Source: an uncultured delta proteobacterium (GTDB taxonomy: Bacteria; Desulfobacterota; Binatia; UBA9968). From it: a DNA stretch of 64,000 nt. The notes under the pieces were generated by a model. That model did no database searches. It was given only the letters and a program-made list of their open reading frames with translations, and was not told where the DNA came from. Of the stretch, positions 30,743 through 41,106 are shown one piece after another. The position numbers and the translations under genes are program-made. The stretch lies in contig CAWJBB010000081.1 in NCBI GenBank assembly GCA_963840855.1, forward strand, positions 11,367 through 75,366. Direction: 5' to 3'. Every line of letters starts with the position of its first letter. Within the stretch, counting starts at the first letter, position 1.

Positions 30743-32182
30743 TCAGATGACCTGGAGAATCGTCAGCAGGTAAAGCGCAGCAAGGACAAGATAGGCGAGA
30801 GAGGAGATCACGAGTAATACGAGATTCAATTTTCCCGGCCGCGCCATGGCGGGCAAGTGACGCGGCAGATAAACATGATTGAGAAAGATCAGAGCGACGG
30901 TGAACAGCACCGTGCCGACGAATCCGATAACGGCGGATAGAAGTATCAGCGGCCCGGGCTCGGCGAAGCCCATTGTAAGGCCGGTGATGCCGGTCAGGAG
31001 AAAAAGAAAGACGAGATACCAGGCGCGAAACGAAATCGACTGCGAGCGGGGGAAAAAGGCATAAATGCAGTCCGTATGGATACGGCTGACGGCGTCGACG
31101 GTCGCCACCCAGGTATCGGAGAGAAAAGCCGCGGCGATGATTAAGAAAATCATTCTCCCGGCCAAGCCCCAGCCCGCTTCGAAGAAGCGGCTCTGCACCA
31201 CTGCGAGCTCCCATCCCTGCGGAATGAGTCCTTTGGGAAAGAGCAGCGCATAAGCCAATAGACAGGTCATGAGGGTGGTCAAGAGATTGCCGCCGATGCC
31301 GATGCTGATGTCGCAAAAAAGATAGCGATTCCACCGGCGCACATGCGCTAGCCCTTCATCGTTGCCCGGCAGGGAGCCTGACGCTGGTATCGTCTCCGGC
31401 TTACCCGTGATCGGCCCGGTGAGCCTGCCCATGTAATGCGCCATGCCGACGCCTTTGTCGCGCGCCCAATAGGAATAAAAAAGCGACCAGAATCCGCCCA
31501 GCCCCGCGAAGGTGATAGCCGTCAGAAGCTTTGTCGCGTCCGCCGGGTCCCAGGGGCGCGGCATGGTGGAGGGCGGGACGAACAAACCTTTGATAAAGGC
31601 CGGCAGTACCTGCAACGCTTCCTGGTTTGCGCTTGCCCACAGAAGTCCAACGAGCGTTACCAGGGCGACGACCCGCATGAAAATCTCGACGAAACGGTAG
31701 ATCACTTTGCTCAGAAGGATAGCCGCGAGAAAAACCGCCATGGAACAGTAGCCCCAGAAGAGCGTTTGTTCCTTGGGCGACCAGGCCGCGGGAAAATTTG
31801 TCAGCGCCGCCAAAGAGGTTCCGCCAGCGGCGGCAAAGGCGCCGAACCAGAGGAAGGAAAGCGTCATCAGAATCCAGAGCGCCAGCGCAAAGAAGCGGTT
31901 TAACCGGATGAAGCCTTGGAAAATGCTCTCGCCGGTGAGCAGGGTGTAGCGGCCGATTTCGTAGATGACCGGGAACTGGAGCAAGCAGGCCGGCAGCAGA
32001 AGAAAAAGAAACGTCAGGCCGTATTTCGCGATAATATAGGGCCACCAGATGAGTTCCCCACTGCCTTGGGCGAGGGCCATGAAGATAACGCCGGGCCCCA
32101 AGGCAGAGAGCAAATTGATAAGCGGCGGCAGCGGAGCGCGCTTGAAAGGCGGTAGGGTCCCCCAGAGTCGGCGGTCCGACAT
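30743..32182 (-). CDS. Nramp-like (APC superfamily) transporter
   Basis: LGPG...GSGELIWWP and EIGRYTLLTGE motifs; about 11 hydrophobic segments. Confidence 0.75.
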   Translation of the reverse strand: MSDRRLWGTLPPFKRAPLPPLINLLSALGPGVIFMALAQGSGELIWWPYIIAKYGLTFLFLLLPACLLQFPVIYEIGRYTLLTGESIFQGFIRLNRFFALALWILMTLSFLWFGAFAAAGGTSLAALTNFPAAWSPKEQTLFWGYCSMAVFLAAILLSKVIYRFVEIFMRVVALVTLVGLLWASANQEALQVLPAFIKGLFVPPSTMPRPWDPADATKLLTAITFAGLGGFWSLFYSYWARDKGVGMAHYMGRLTGPITGKPETIPASGSLPGNDEGLAHVRRWNRYLFCDISIGIGGNLLTTLMTCLLAYALLFPKGLIPQGWELAVVQSRFFEAGWGLAGRMIFLIIAAAFLSDTWVATVDAVSRIHTDCIYAFFPRSQSISFRAWYLVFLFLLTGITGLTMGFAEPGPLILLSAVIGFVGTVLFTVALIFLNHVYLPRHLPAMARPGKLNLVLLVISSLAYLVLAALYLLTILQVI

Positions 32183-32192
32183 GCGCCGCGCT

Positions 32193-32921
32193 CTAGTCGA
32201 TGCGGTGGACCGCGCCGTCGGGCAGAGAAGCGAGAAAACTCTGTAAGGCGCGATCGAGGTAGGCGGCGTCTTTCGATTCTAGAGTCACTTTGACCTTGTA
32301 GTCGGGTAAATCGAGGACCGGATAAGAACCAAGCAGAAGCTCCGGAAACTTCGCCAACAATTCGTTGAGCATCGCGGCGATGACTCCCTCGCCATATTTG
32401 AGATAAACGTTCTTCAGAAAATAGGGCGCTTCGCGAAAGCGTTCTTTGATGGCGTGGAAGCGTTCCTGGAGAATCTTCGGAATGCCCGGGAAAATGTAGA
32501 CGTTGCGGTAATTCACCACGGGAGCGAAGAGCGCCTCGGTGGCCAACAGAGTAGCGCCCTCCGGGACATTCGCCATTCTCAGTCTGGCCTCGTTGACGTC
32601 GTTACCAAGGCGCTGGTACATTCGCCGCTCGATATCGGGATGGCGCACGACTTTCACGCCGAAGCCGTGGGCGATGCCGTCGATGGTCACGTCGTCGTGC
32701 GTCGGCCCGACGCCGCCGGACGTAAAAACATAGTCAAAGCGTTTGGAAAAATCCGCAACTTCCACGCCGATCAGCTCGATTTCGTCTTGAATGGTAGAAA
32801 TCCTCTGCACTTCGACGCCGAGCTGACGCAGTTCCGTGCAGAAGAAGTGAGAATTGGTGTCCAGGGTTTTCCCCGAGAGGACTTCGTTGCCAATAATCAC
32901 GATACCAGCGGTTTTGGACAT
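32193..32921 (-). CDS. CinA-like molybdopterin-binding domain protein
   Basis: IIGNEVLSGKTLDTN, SGGVGPTHDD and PGIP motifs. Confidence 0.85.
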   Translation of the reverse strand: MSKTAGIVIIGNEVLSGKTLDTNSHFFCTELRQLGVEVQRISTIQDEIELIGVEVADFSKRFDYVFTSGGVGPTHDDVTIDGIAHGFGVKVVRHPDIERRMYQRLGNDVNEARLRMANVPEGATLLATEALFAPVVNYRNVYIFPGIPKILQERFHAIKERFREAPYFLKNVYLKYGEGVIAAMLNELLAKFPELLLGSYPVLDLPDYKVKVTLESKDAAYLDRALQSFLASLPDGAVHRID

Positions 32922-33062
32922 GGTCTGTTTTCTACCGCAATGAAGCGGTCACTCGCAAGCGGGGCGCAGCCACAGCGCGGCTTCGGGACCCGCGCACCGA
33001 GCTGTTGGGAAACTTGGCAAGCAAAAAGGGGGATGACAAAGCACGTGCCGGAGGAGTCCGCA

Positions 33063-33236
33063 TCACATGTCGAATTCGCTGCAACTCATGAAGAAACGGC
33101 AAAGGGGATTGGAGCAGACAAATCGACATTTATGGTTCACCAGCCTAGAGCTGCAAACCGGGCAAAACTCCCACCAATTGTCTTCTTTCTGGTCGGACGC
33201 GTTATTTACCTCCGGATCAGTCCGAATGTCCTTCAT
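33063..33236 (-). CDS. Small Cys-rich zinc-finger-like protein
   Basis: CPVC...KCRFVCSNPLCRFFMSCSEFD in a 57-aa ORF from ATG 33236. Confidence 0.65.
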   Translation of the reverse strand: MKDIRTDPEVNNASDQKEDNWWEFCPVCSSRLVNHKCRFVCSNPLCRFFMSCSEFDM

Positions 33237-33383
33237 TAATGGTAGTTGTAATTCAATCCCTCGATGCTGGCAAACGGTTTTTTGTTGTGGCGGAATAAAT
33301 TGAACTCTCCCCAAAAATCGTAATATAGTTCGAAGAACGTTAACCGGCCGCTCGGCGGAGACCATAATGGCGTCGGTTCAACT

Positions 33384-33635
33384 ATGGACGCATCGAATAC
33401 CAACGGAGATCAACCTCTCCCGGAGTTCGTTGAAGAATTCAAAAGGCGGCGCCGGCGCGAGCGCTGGTCCGCCTTTCTGGCGCCGCTCATCACGCTGGTC
33501 TCCATCGTCGTTTCAATTGGCCTTCTGATGTTTATCATACGGACCCGCGAGCAGCGTGTCCCGCACAATCCGCTTTTCCAGCAGCACGGCGCGCGGCCAC
33601 CATCGGACGTACCCCCAACGCGGCCGCAGCCGTAA
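33384..33635 (+). CDS. Small single-pass membrane protein
   Basis: Basic patch, one hydrophobic helix and a Pro-rich tail. Confidence 0.5.
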   Translation: MDASNTNGDQPLPEFVEEFKRRRRRERWSAFLAPLITLVSIVVSIGLLMFIIRTREQRVPHNPLFQQHGARPPSDVPPTRPQP

Positions 33636-33660
33636 CAACGCAAAGGATGACTGTAGCGGA

Positions 33661-34863
33661 GTGAGACTACCCCCGGCGCTGCGCTATCGCGATTTCCGCG
33701 TCTTTACCGCTGGCTATCTGCCGGCGGAAACCGGCGAGTACATTCATTTCGTCATCCAAAACTGGCTCGCCTGGGAACTGACCCATTCCGCATTTGCCCT
33801 GGGCCTGATTGGATTCTGCGAATTTGCGCCGCGCTTCGTCTTCGGTCCCATCGGCGGCGTGATTGCCGACCGCATGGACCGCCGCAAGCTGCTCATCATC
33901 AGCCGGGCTGCCAATCTTCTGCACACCCTGGTTTTCGCGTCGCTGGTTTACTTTGAAGTGATTCAATTCTGGCACATCGTCGTGCTGGTAGTTTTCATGG
34001 CCATCGTCAGCTCTTTCAGCACGGCGGCACAACAGGTCTTGATCGTTTCGCTCGTGCCCCAGGAGGGTGTGGTAAGCGCTCTGGCGTTGCACTCCGCGAC
34101 GCATAACCTGACCAAAGTCATCGGACCATCCATCGGCGGCGTACTGCTGACCCTCATCGGCGCCGCGCCATGTTTGATGATACAGGCTTTGACGATCTTG
34201 TGCATGCTCGTCGCGCTGTTCAAATTGCCCGTGCCTAGGACGCGGGTCTCGGCTGCAAAAGGCGACTGGTGGAAGGATATCGCCGAAGGAGTTTCGTATC
34301 TGCGCCAGAACCGCCGTGTCTTTGCAACTATTCTCACCACCTATTCCAACGGTTTCTTCGGTATCTCATATGCTCAATTCCTGCCGTATTTCGCCCAAGA
34401 GGTTTTGCATGTCGGACCGTCGGGGTATGGTCTTTTGGTATCCGCTCCGGGCGCGGGCGCGGTGGTGATCAGTTTTTTTCTTTCCACGCTCACGCGTTTG
34501 CAAGGCATGCGCCGGCTGCTCACGGGCGCCAGTCTTATCTATGCGGGGGCGATTTTTATGTTTGCAATTTCTCCGTTCATGGTCCCGTCGACGATCTTGC
34601 TTGCCGTGGTGGGTTCCATGCAGATGAGCTACCGCGTGCTGGCGCGGGCGATCATTCAAGAAGAGTGTCCAGAGCATCTTCTCGGACGCGCCATGAGTTT
34701 GTTCTTTCTCGACCGCGGTTTCGGTTCCCTGGGCGCCATCGGCATCGGCAGCGTCGCGGCAATTATTCCGGTGCCCTTTGCCGTGGCGGGCAGCGCCATG
34801 GCTTGCGGCGTCGTCTCGTGGATTTTGCCACGGTGGGCGGCGGTGACGAAAGCTTCCGTTTGA
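33661..34863 (+). CDS. MFS transporter
   Basis: ALRYRDFR and motif A GGVIADRMDRRKLL; 12-TM pattern; start approximate. Confidence 0.88.
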   Translation: MRLPPALRYRDFRVFTAGYLPAETGEYIHFVIQNWLAWELTHSAFALGLIGFCEFAPRFVFGPIGGVIADRMDRRKLLIISRAANLLHTLVFASLVYFEVIQFWHIVVLVVFMAIVSSFSTAAQQVLIVSLVPQEGVVSALALHSATHNLTKVIGPSIGGVLLTLIGAAPCLMIQALTILCMLVALFKLPVPRTRVSAAKGDWWKDIAEGVSYLRQNRRVFATILTTYSNGFFGISYAQFLPYFAQEVLHVGPSGYGLLVSAPGAGAVVISFFLSTLTRLQGMRRLLTGASLIYAGAIFMFAISPFMVPSTILLAVVGSMQMSYRVLARAIIQEECPEHLLGRAMSLFFLDRGFGSLGAIGIGSVAAIIPVPFAVAGSAMACGVVSWILPRWAAVTKASV

Positions 34864-34916
34864 TTGGGCATGTACTTTGTTTATAATCGATCATTCGCTG
34901 GAGCTTGATTGAAAAC

Positions 34917-36311
34917 ATGACGGAAATAGGTGTCATAATTTTGGCGGCGGGCCGGGGTACTCGAATGAAGTCCGGCTTGCCCAAGGTGTTGCATAGAATC
35001 GGCGGCAAACCGCTTTTTTTGCATGTCCTGAAAACTGCGAGGCTTTTGCAACCGCGCCGCGTGGCAATTGTCGTTGGATATGGCGCGGATGCGGTGCGGC
35101 ATGCCTACGGCGGCGCTGACGTAACCTGGGTGACGCAGGAAAATCAGCTTGGCACGGGACATGCTGTACTGTCCGCCAAGCGGAGCTTCAGTGATTTTCC
35201 CGGCGATCTCTTAATTCTCAGCGGCGATGTGCCTCTGATTTCGGAGCAGACTCTTCGAACGATGGTTGCCCGCCATCGCGATGAAAAGGCGGCGCTGACG
35301 CTCATGACGGCTGTTTTGGACAAGCCGAGCGGCTATGGCCGTATCCTGCGCGATGGCCACGGCGCGCTAAAGGCGACCGTTGAAGAGAAGGACGCAACGG
35401 AGGAGCAGCGGCGGATTCAGGAAGTGAGCGTCGGGGCGTATGTCGCGCAGGGAGAATTTCTTTTTAAAACTCTGGAACAAGTCAGGAACGATAACCGGCA
35501 AGGGGAATATTATCTACCGGATATTGTCGGCATCGGGATCGTCCACGGACGGAAGATCGCGACGGTACAGGTCGCAGACCCAAGGGAGATGATGGGAATC
35601 AATACCCGAGAGGAGCTTGCGCGTATGGAAAAGACCCTGCGGGAACGCATTAATAAAAGATGGATGGACGCCGGCGTCACGCTCAAGGATCCAGATACCA
35701 CATACATCGAGGACGGCGTGACCATCGGCCGCGACACTGTTATCGGTCCCAACACCCAGCTTTGCGGCCGTACGATTATCGGTGAGCGCTGTCAAATCGA
35801 CGGCACCGCCTTTCTCACGGACGTCGAAATCGGTGATGACGTGCAGCTGAAATTTTCGGTTGTGATGACGAGTTCGCGCATCGATCCCGGCGCCATCGTT
35901 GGCCCGTTTGCGCATTTGCGTCCCGGAACATGGTTGGGGCGCAACGTGCACATCGGCAACTTTGTGGAAGCCAAAGCGGCTCAAATCGGCGAAGGCACCA
36001 AGGCGAATCATCTTACCTATCTCGGTGACGTCACCATCGGCCGCGACACCAATATCGGAGCCGGCACGATCACCTGCAATTTCGACGGTTTTAACAAATA
36101 CAAAACCCAGATCGGTGACCGCGTGCAAGTCGGAAGCGATACGACCCTGGTGGCGCCGGTCGCCCTCGGCGACGACGCCTATGTTGCGACGGCGACCACG
36201 GTGCGCCGCGATGTTCCGGCCGGCTCGCTGGTTTATAACGAGCGCCAGGAACGGGTGCGCGAAGGGTGGACCGAGAAAAAGCGGAACAAAATGAAGGGTA
36301 CGAAAGATTAA
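34917..36311 (+). CDS. glmU: Bifunctional UDP-GlcNAc pyrophosphorylase / GlcN-1-P acetyltransferase
   Basis: LAAGRGTRMKS, QLGTGHA, EYYLPD, hexapeptide repeats, GNFVE and HLTYLGD. Confidence 0.96.
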   Translation: MTEIGVIILAAGRGTRMKSGLPKVLHRIGGKPLFLHVLKTARLLQPRRVAIVVGYGADAVRHAYGGADVTWVTQENQLGTGHAVLSAKRSFSDFPGDLLILSGDVPLISEQTLRTMVARHRDEKAALTLMTAVLDKPSGYGRILRDGHGALKATVEEKDATEEQRRIQEVSVGAYVAQGEFLFKTLEQVRNDNRQGEYYLPDIVGIGIVHGRKIATVQVADPREMMGINTREELARMEKTLRERINKRWMDAGVTLKDPDTTYIEDGVTIGRDTVIGPNTQLCGRTIIGERCQIDGTAFLTDVEIGDDVQLKFSVVMTSSRIDPGAIVGPFAHLRPGTWLGRNVHIGNFVEAKAAQIGEGTKANHLTYLGDVTIGRDTNIGAGTITCNFDGFNKYKTQIGDRVQVGSDTTLVAPVALGDDAYVATATTVRRDVPAGSLVYNERQERVREGWTEKKRNKMKGTKD

Positions 36312-38140
36312 TGTGTGGCATAGTCGGTTACATCGGCAAGCAGGATGCTGCGCCGCTGATCCTCGAAAGTCTCAAGAAACTTGAATACCGGGGGTACGAC
36401 TCGGCGGGGATTGCCGTGGTTACCAACGGCCGGGCGGAAGTGCGCCGCTGCGAAGGCAAGCTCAAAAACCTGGAATCCTTGCTCGAACGCGAGCCGATAA
36501 GGGGAACCATCGGCATCGGTCATACCCGTTGGGCGACCCATGGCCGCCCGTCTGAAACCAACGCGCACCCGCATCGCGCCGGCGACGTTGTGGTGGTGCA
36601 CAACGGGATCATTGAAAACTACCTCGATCTCAAAGCAGAACTGATCGCGCGCGACACGAAATTCTCCTCCGAGACGGACACTGAAATCGTCGCCCATTTG
36701 GTTGGCGAAAAAGTCGCCAAAGGAATTGATTTTTTCGACGCGGTCAGGAAAAGCCTGAAAGAGATTCGCGGTTCTTACGCGCTACTGTTTCTCAACCAGA
36801 AAGATCCCACGCGGCTTGTGGTGGCAAAAAATTCGACGCCCATCGTGATCGGCTGGGGCGATGGTGAAACTTTTATCGCTTCGGATATTCCCGCGCTGCT
36901 CGACCACACTCGCAAAGTGACCTTCCTCGAGGACGGCGAGGTCGCCGAGGTTGCCATTGGTTCGTTTCGGCTGTTTGACGGTAAGGGCAAGGCCGTTCAA
37001 CGGCCTGTCAAAGAGATTACCTGGGATGCCGTGGCAGCGCGCAAAGATGGGTACGACCATTTCATGCTCAAGGAGATTCACGATCAACCGCGCGCCGTTG
37101 CCGATACCTTTCGCGGCCGGATTTCCCTCAAAGAGGGCGACGTGGCGCTTGAAGACCTGCGCATTACCGACAGCCAGGCAAAAAAGGTTCAACGTCTTCA
37201 TCTGGTCGCCTGCGGCACCGCCTGGCACGCCTGCCTGGTCGGAAAGTTCATGCTCGAGGAAATTGCGGGCCTTCCGGCGGAAGTAGATTACGGCTCAGAG
37301 TTTCGCTATCGCTCGCCGATGATGGATTCGCGTTCGATGCTCTTGATGGTGAGCCAGTCCGGCGAAACCGCGGATACGCTCGCGGCGGTGGAAATTGCCC
37401 GGCGGAAAAAAGCCAAGGTTCTCTCCATCTGCAACGTCGTCGATTCCTCCATCCCGAGAAAGTCGGACGGCGTTTTGTATACCCACGCCGGGCCGGAGAT
37501 CAGCGTCGCGAGCACCAAGGCCTTTACCACGCAGCTTACCGCGCTTTATCTCTTGGCGGTCGCGTTGGGGCGGCGCCGCGGAACTGTCAATCGCGCGCAA
37601 GCGACAAATTACCTGGCGGCTCTCTTGCATCTGCCGCACTGGATCGAGGAAGCGCTGAAGACTGAAAGCGAAATCAAGCCCTTGGCGCGGGAGTTGATCA
37701 GCGCCAACGATTTTCTCTACCTTGGCCGCGGCATCAATTATCCCATCGCCCTTGAGGGAGCGCTCAAGCTCAAAGAGATTTCGTATATTCACGCCGAAGG
37801 TTACCCCGCGGGCGAAATGAAACATGGCCCCATCGCGCTCATCGATGAAAAAATGCCGGTGGTTGTGCTGATGCCGCGTGACCGCTATTTTCAGAAGTCG
37901 CTGGGAAACTTAAAAGAAGTCGAGTCCCGCGGCGGCAAGGTCATTATCGTGACCGATGAGGAAAAACTTCCGGCTGATATCCCGTCCTACGGCTTGTTAA
38001 GGGTACCCAAGGCGTCGCATTTTCTGACCCCCATCGTAATGAGCATTCCGCTGCAGCTGCTGGCTTACACCATCGCGGTCATGCGCGGCACCGACGTGGA
38101 TCAGCCGCGCAATCTCGCCAAGAGCGTAACGGTGGAATAA
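36311..38140 (+). CDS. glmS: Glutamine-fructose-6-phosphate transaminase
   Basis: MCGIVG start overlapping the glmU stop (TAATG); GHTRWATHG, SQSGET and PRNLAKSVTVE. Confidence 0.97.
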   Translation: MCGIVGYIGKQDAAPLILESLKKLEYRGYDSAGIAVVTNGRAEVRRCEGKLKNLESLLEREPIRGTIGIGHTRWATHGRPSETNAHPHRAGDVVVVHNGIIENYLDLKAELIARDTKFSSETDTEIVAHLVGEKVAKGIDFFDAVRKSLKEIRGSYALLFLNQKDPTRLVVAKNSTPIVIGWGDGETFIASDIPALLDHTRKVTFLEDGEVAEVAIGSFRLFDGKGKAVQRPVKEITWDAVAARKDGYDHFMLKEIHDQPRAVADTFRGRISLKEGDVALEDLRITDSQAKKVQRLHLVACGTAWHACLVGKFMLEEIAGLPAEVDYGSEFRYRSPMMDSRSMLLMVSQSGETADTLAAVEIARRKKAKVLSICNVVDSSIPRKSDGVLYTHAGPEISVASTKAFTTQLTALYLLAVALGRRRGTVNRAQATNYLAALLHLPHWIEEALKTESEIKPLARELISANDFLYLGRGINYPIALEGALKLKEISYIHAEGYPAGEMKHGPIALIDEKMPVVVLMPRDRYFQKSLGNLKEVESRGGKVIIVTDEEKLPADIPSYGLLRVPKASHFLTPIVMSIPLQLLAYTIAVMRGTDVDQPRNLAKSVTVE

Positions 38141-39540
38141 TGCCCCTCGTAAGACGAGGGCGAGAGTCTCTTTCCCGGGCTCTCGCGTCGCTGCGTCACC
38201 GTAATTACCGTTTGCTCTTTATTGGCACGAGCCTGTCTCATGTCGGTGATTTCGTCCAGGCCATGGCGCAAAGCTGGCTGGTCTGGAAGATGACCGGCTC
38301 ACCGTTTCTACTGGGCGTGGTTGGATTCTGCCAAGCAGTGCCACGTCTTCTTCTAGGCGCCGTCGGCGGCGCCATCGTCGATCGCTTGGAGCGGCGCCGG
38401 CTGATGCTGTGGACCCAAGGCTTGGCGATGGCGCAGGCATTTAGTTTCTGGGCCCTGGTTTATTTCGACTTAATTCAATTCTGGCATGTCCTCGTACTGG
38501 TTTTGTTCCTAGGGACCGTAAACTCGCTCAATCAGACTGCACGCCACTCGCTGATCAACGGCTTGGTCCCGCGTGAGGAATTGATGAATGCCATCGCTCT
38601 TAATTCATCGGTGGCAAATTTTGCCAAGATTATCGGCCCATCTTTGGGTGGCGTGCTTATTAGCATCATCGGCGTCGCCGGCTGCCTGTTCGTCAACGCC
38701 GTAAGCTTTTTCGCGATCATCGTGACCCTCGTCGTCATGGATTTTTCCACGGCTCGCGGCAAGACAAAAGAGGAAGCGACGTTTTGGCAGGAAGTTGCCG
38801 AAGGCTATCGCTTCGTGCGTGGCCAGCGCCGGCTTTCCTCGATTATTCTATTGACCTATGGCATCGCTCTGGTCGGGTCGCCTTATTCTCGCTTTCTGCC
38901 GGTCTTCGCCACCGATGTATTGCATGCCGGGCCATCGACTTTCGGGTTGCTGCTGGCGGCGCCTGGAATTGGCGCTGTTATCGCTGGACTCGGGATTGCC
39001 TCCTTGACCAGGTTGCGCCGGCGCATGCATTTTGTCGCGATGAGCGTCTATGCCTTTTCCCTGGCTCTGATTCTATTTTCATTTTCTCGTTCCCTTCCTC
39101 TATCCATGATGTTTTTGGTCCTGGTCGGCGCCAGCAATATTGCCATTCGCTCCGTGTCCAACGGCATTGTCCAGATGGAGACTCCGCCCCATTTATTGGG
39201 CCGAATCCTCAGTCTATTTTTCATGGATAAAGGGCTTTGGTCCTTGGGTACGCTTTTTATCGGTACCGTCGCGCACTTGTTTGGAACGCCGCGGGCGATC
39301 ACAATTGCCGGCATTGCCTGCGCCCTGGCGGCGTCGGCGCTGTTGTATCAGCAACGGCCGGCACCGGGAAATCCCGCAGACGGAAAACTTAGAGCGCCAC
39401 GTCGCGAAGTAGCCGCGCCGCGTCTTCGGGCGCAAGCGGATTCATATAGCAACCCGATCCCCACTCAAACCCGGCGAAATGGTGCAGCTTGGGTAAAATC
39501 TCCAGGTGCCAATGATAATGATCATTCTCAGGCTCGTTGA
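38140..39540 (+). CDS. MFS transporter, paralogue of 33661-34863
   Basis: SLRHRNYR and GGAIVDRLERRRL motifs. The non-hydrophobic tail overlaps galT by ~150 bp, so the true 3' end is uncertain. Confidence 0.85.
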   Translation: MPLVRRGRESLSRALASLRHRNYRLLFIGTSLSHVGDFVQAMAQSWLVWKMTGSPFLLGVVGFCQAVPRLLLGAVGGAIVDRLERRRLMLWTQGLAMAQAFSFWALVYFDLIQFWHVLVLVLFLGTVNSLNQTARHSLINGLVPREELMNAIALNSSVANFAKIIGPSLGGVLISIIGVAGCLFVNAVSFFAIIVTLVVMDFSTARGKTKEEATFWQEVAEGYRFVRGQRRLSSIILLTYGIALVGSPYSRFLPVFATDVLHAGPSTFGLLLAAPGIGAVIAGLGIASLTRLRRRMHFVAMSVYAFSLALILFSFSRSLPLSMMFLVLVGASNIAIRSVSNGIVQMETPPHLLGRILSLFFMDKGLWSLGTLFIGTVAHLFGTPRAITIAGIACALAASALLYQQRPAPGNPADGKLRAPRREVAAPRLRAQADSYSNPIPTQTRRNGAAWVKSPGANDNDHSQAR

Positions 39541-40393
39541 GAGGGTTGTTGTGGAAAAAATAATTGAGAGGCGGTTCATCGAAGCGCCGGCTCAGACGAA
39601 TCAACGTCTCGCGCAACGAGCGCGCCAAGGCAAGGAAATCCGCTTTCGAACCAGATTCGAAACAAGATGAATGGCGCTTCGGCAGAATCCATGTCTCACC
39701 GGCCACGCGGGACGCAAACGGACAAAAAACGATGAACCGATCGTTTTCCAAGACGATGCGCCGGCCGATTTCGCTCTCGCGCTGCGCGATGACACAATAC
39801 ACGCAGCGGCCGGCGGACGCGAAGTACTTCTTTCCTGCCTCGATCTCCTCGAGAGGCTCCTTTGGCACCATGGGCAACGCGGTGATTTGCGAATGGCCAT
39901 GGGCCAGCGTTGCGCCGGCTTCGGCTCCTTGATTTTTGTAGATGAGCGCGTAACGCCAGCGCGGATCGCCGCGCCATTGCAGCAGCCGACGGCGGTAAGC
40001 GTGGAAAACAAGTTCGATATCCCTTTCGCCGAGCGCGGCCATGTCGATGACATGTTTTGGGCTTTCGATGACTACTTCATGCACGCCGGCGCCGTTCATC
40101 GAAATGTATGGGCCGTCGGTTCGTGGAGCCGCAATTTGTTGATCTACTAGGGCGGGATATTTGTTGGGCACCACGCGCACCGACCAAATCGCTGCGCCGG
40201 GCCGGGCATCGCTATCAGTCAATACCAGCACTGGAGGCGGGGTCATGCTCTCATTGCCCGCGCAAAACGGACAAATGCCCAGATCCGCTGTGTAAACGCG
40301 CTCCGGCTTGCTTTGCGGCCGCTTGGCCCGTTCCGCCGCGATGATCACCCAGCGCTCGACCACGGGGTCTTTTCTAAATTCGGGCATTGCCAA
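39389..40393 (-). CDS. galT: Galactose-1-phosphate uridylyltransferase family
   Basis: WVIIAAERAKRP, CPFCAGNE, PNKYPAL, GATLAHGHSQ (HxHxQ) and GFEWGSG motifs. Confidence 0.9.
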   Translation of the reverse strand: MAMPEFRKDPVVERWVIIAAERAKRPQSKPERVYTADLGICPFCAGNESMTPPPVLVLTDSDARPGAAIWSVRVVPNKYPALVDQQIAAPRTDGPYISMNGAGVHEVVIESPKHVIDMAALGERDIELVFHAYRRRLLQWRGDPRWRYALIYKNQGAEAGATLAHGHSQITALPMVPKEPLEEIEAGKKYFASAGRCVYCVIAQRESEIGRRIVLENDRFIVFCPFASRVAGETWILPKRHSSCFESGSKADFLALARSLRETLIRLSRRFDEPPLNYFFHNNPLNEPENDHYHWHLEILPKLHHFAGFEWGSGCYMNPLAPEDAARLLRDVAL

Positions 40394-40411
40394 GAAAACC
40401 AGTCTTAACGC

Positions 40412-41023
40412 TTATGGATCAGCAGTGTTTTTTGGATAAAAATCTTTGGCGCAGAAATAAAACTCCGACGAGGCCCGCCGCGTCGCCTCGGGGCGTGTGC
40501 GCTCAACGACGCGGAAAGATTTTTTAAGCTCCAGAGTGAACCCATGGAGATCGTTGCTGACAAAGCTTTTGATCAAAAGGTTTCCAGCCGGTTTCAGAAG
40601 CCGCACGGCGACCCGAAGCGCTGTTTGGTTAAGCTCGAGGCAGCGCGCGCTGTCCGCATCGCGGATGCCGCTTAGCTTCGGCGCGAGGTCGGATATGACG
40701 CAGTGGGCGGGCGCGGCCAGTAGATGTTCGATCTTTTGCCGGGTTTCGTCCGAGGTGATATCGCCCTGGACGACGATGATATTGGGCTCGCGAAACGCAT
40801 CCATCGGTTGGAGATCGACGCCGATGACTCTACCCTTTGGGCCGACGATCTTGGCCGCTACCTGGAGCCAGCCGCCGGGAGCGGCGCCGAGATCGACGAC
40901 CCAATCGCCGGGTTTCAATAATCGAAAGCGCTGCTGCAATTCGATTAGTTTGTACGCTGCCCGCGAGCGATAACCTTCTTGTTTGGCTCTTTTGTAGTAA
41001 GTGTCGTGAGGATTATAAGCCAT
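40412..41023 (-). CDS. rlmE: 23S rRNA Um2552 methyltransferase
   Basis: GYRSRAAYKL, DLGAAPGGW and SDLAP motifs. Confidence 0.93.
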   Translation of the reverse strand: MAYNPHDTYYKRAKQEGYRSRAAYKLIELQQRFRLLKPGDWVVDLGAAPGGWLQVAAKIVGPKGRVIGVDLQPMDAFREPNIIVVQGDITSDETRQKIEHLLAAPAHCVISDLAPKLSGIRDADSARCLELNQTALRVAVRLLKPAGNLLIKSFVSNDLHGFTLELKKSFRVVERTRPEATRRASSEFYFCAKDFYPKNTADP

Positions 41024-41047
41024 GGCGCAACAATAGCGCGACGGGAC

Positions 41048-41082
41048 AAAAAAAAAGGCCCAGCCTGCGAACAGGCCGGGCC
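41048..41082 (-). terminator. Rho-independent terminator
   Basis: Minus strand GGCCCGGCCTG-TTCG-CAGGCTGGGCC followed by T9. Confidence 0.88.
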
Positions 41083-41106
41083 CTAGATCGGAAACATCAG
41101 TTCTCT

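Noticed and set aside
36250-38200. glmS ribozyme or Tn7 insertion at attTn7
   Set aside because: glmS overlaps glmU upstream and an MFS gene downstream, leaving no leader and no Tn7 ends.
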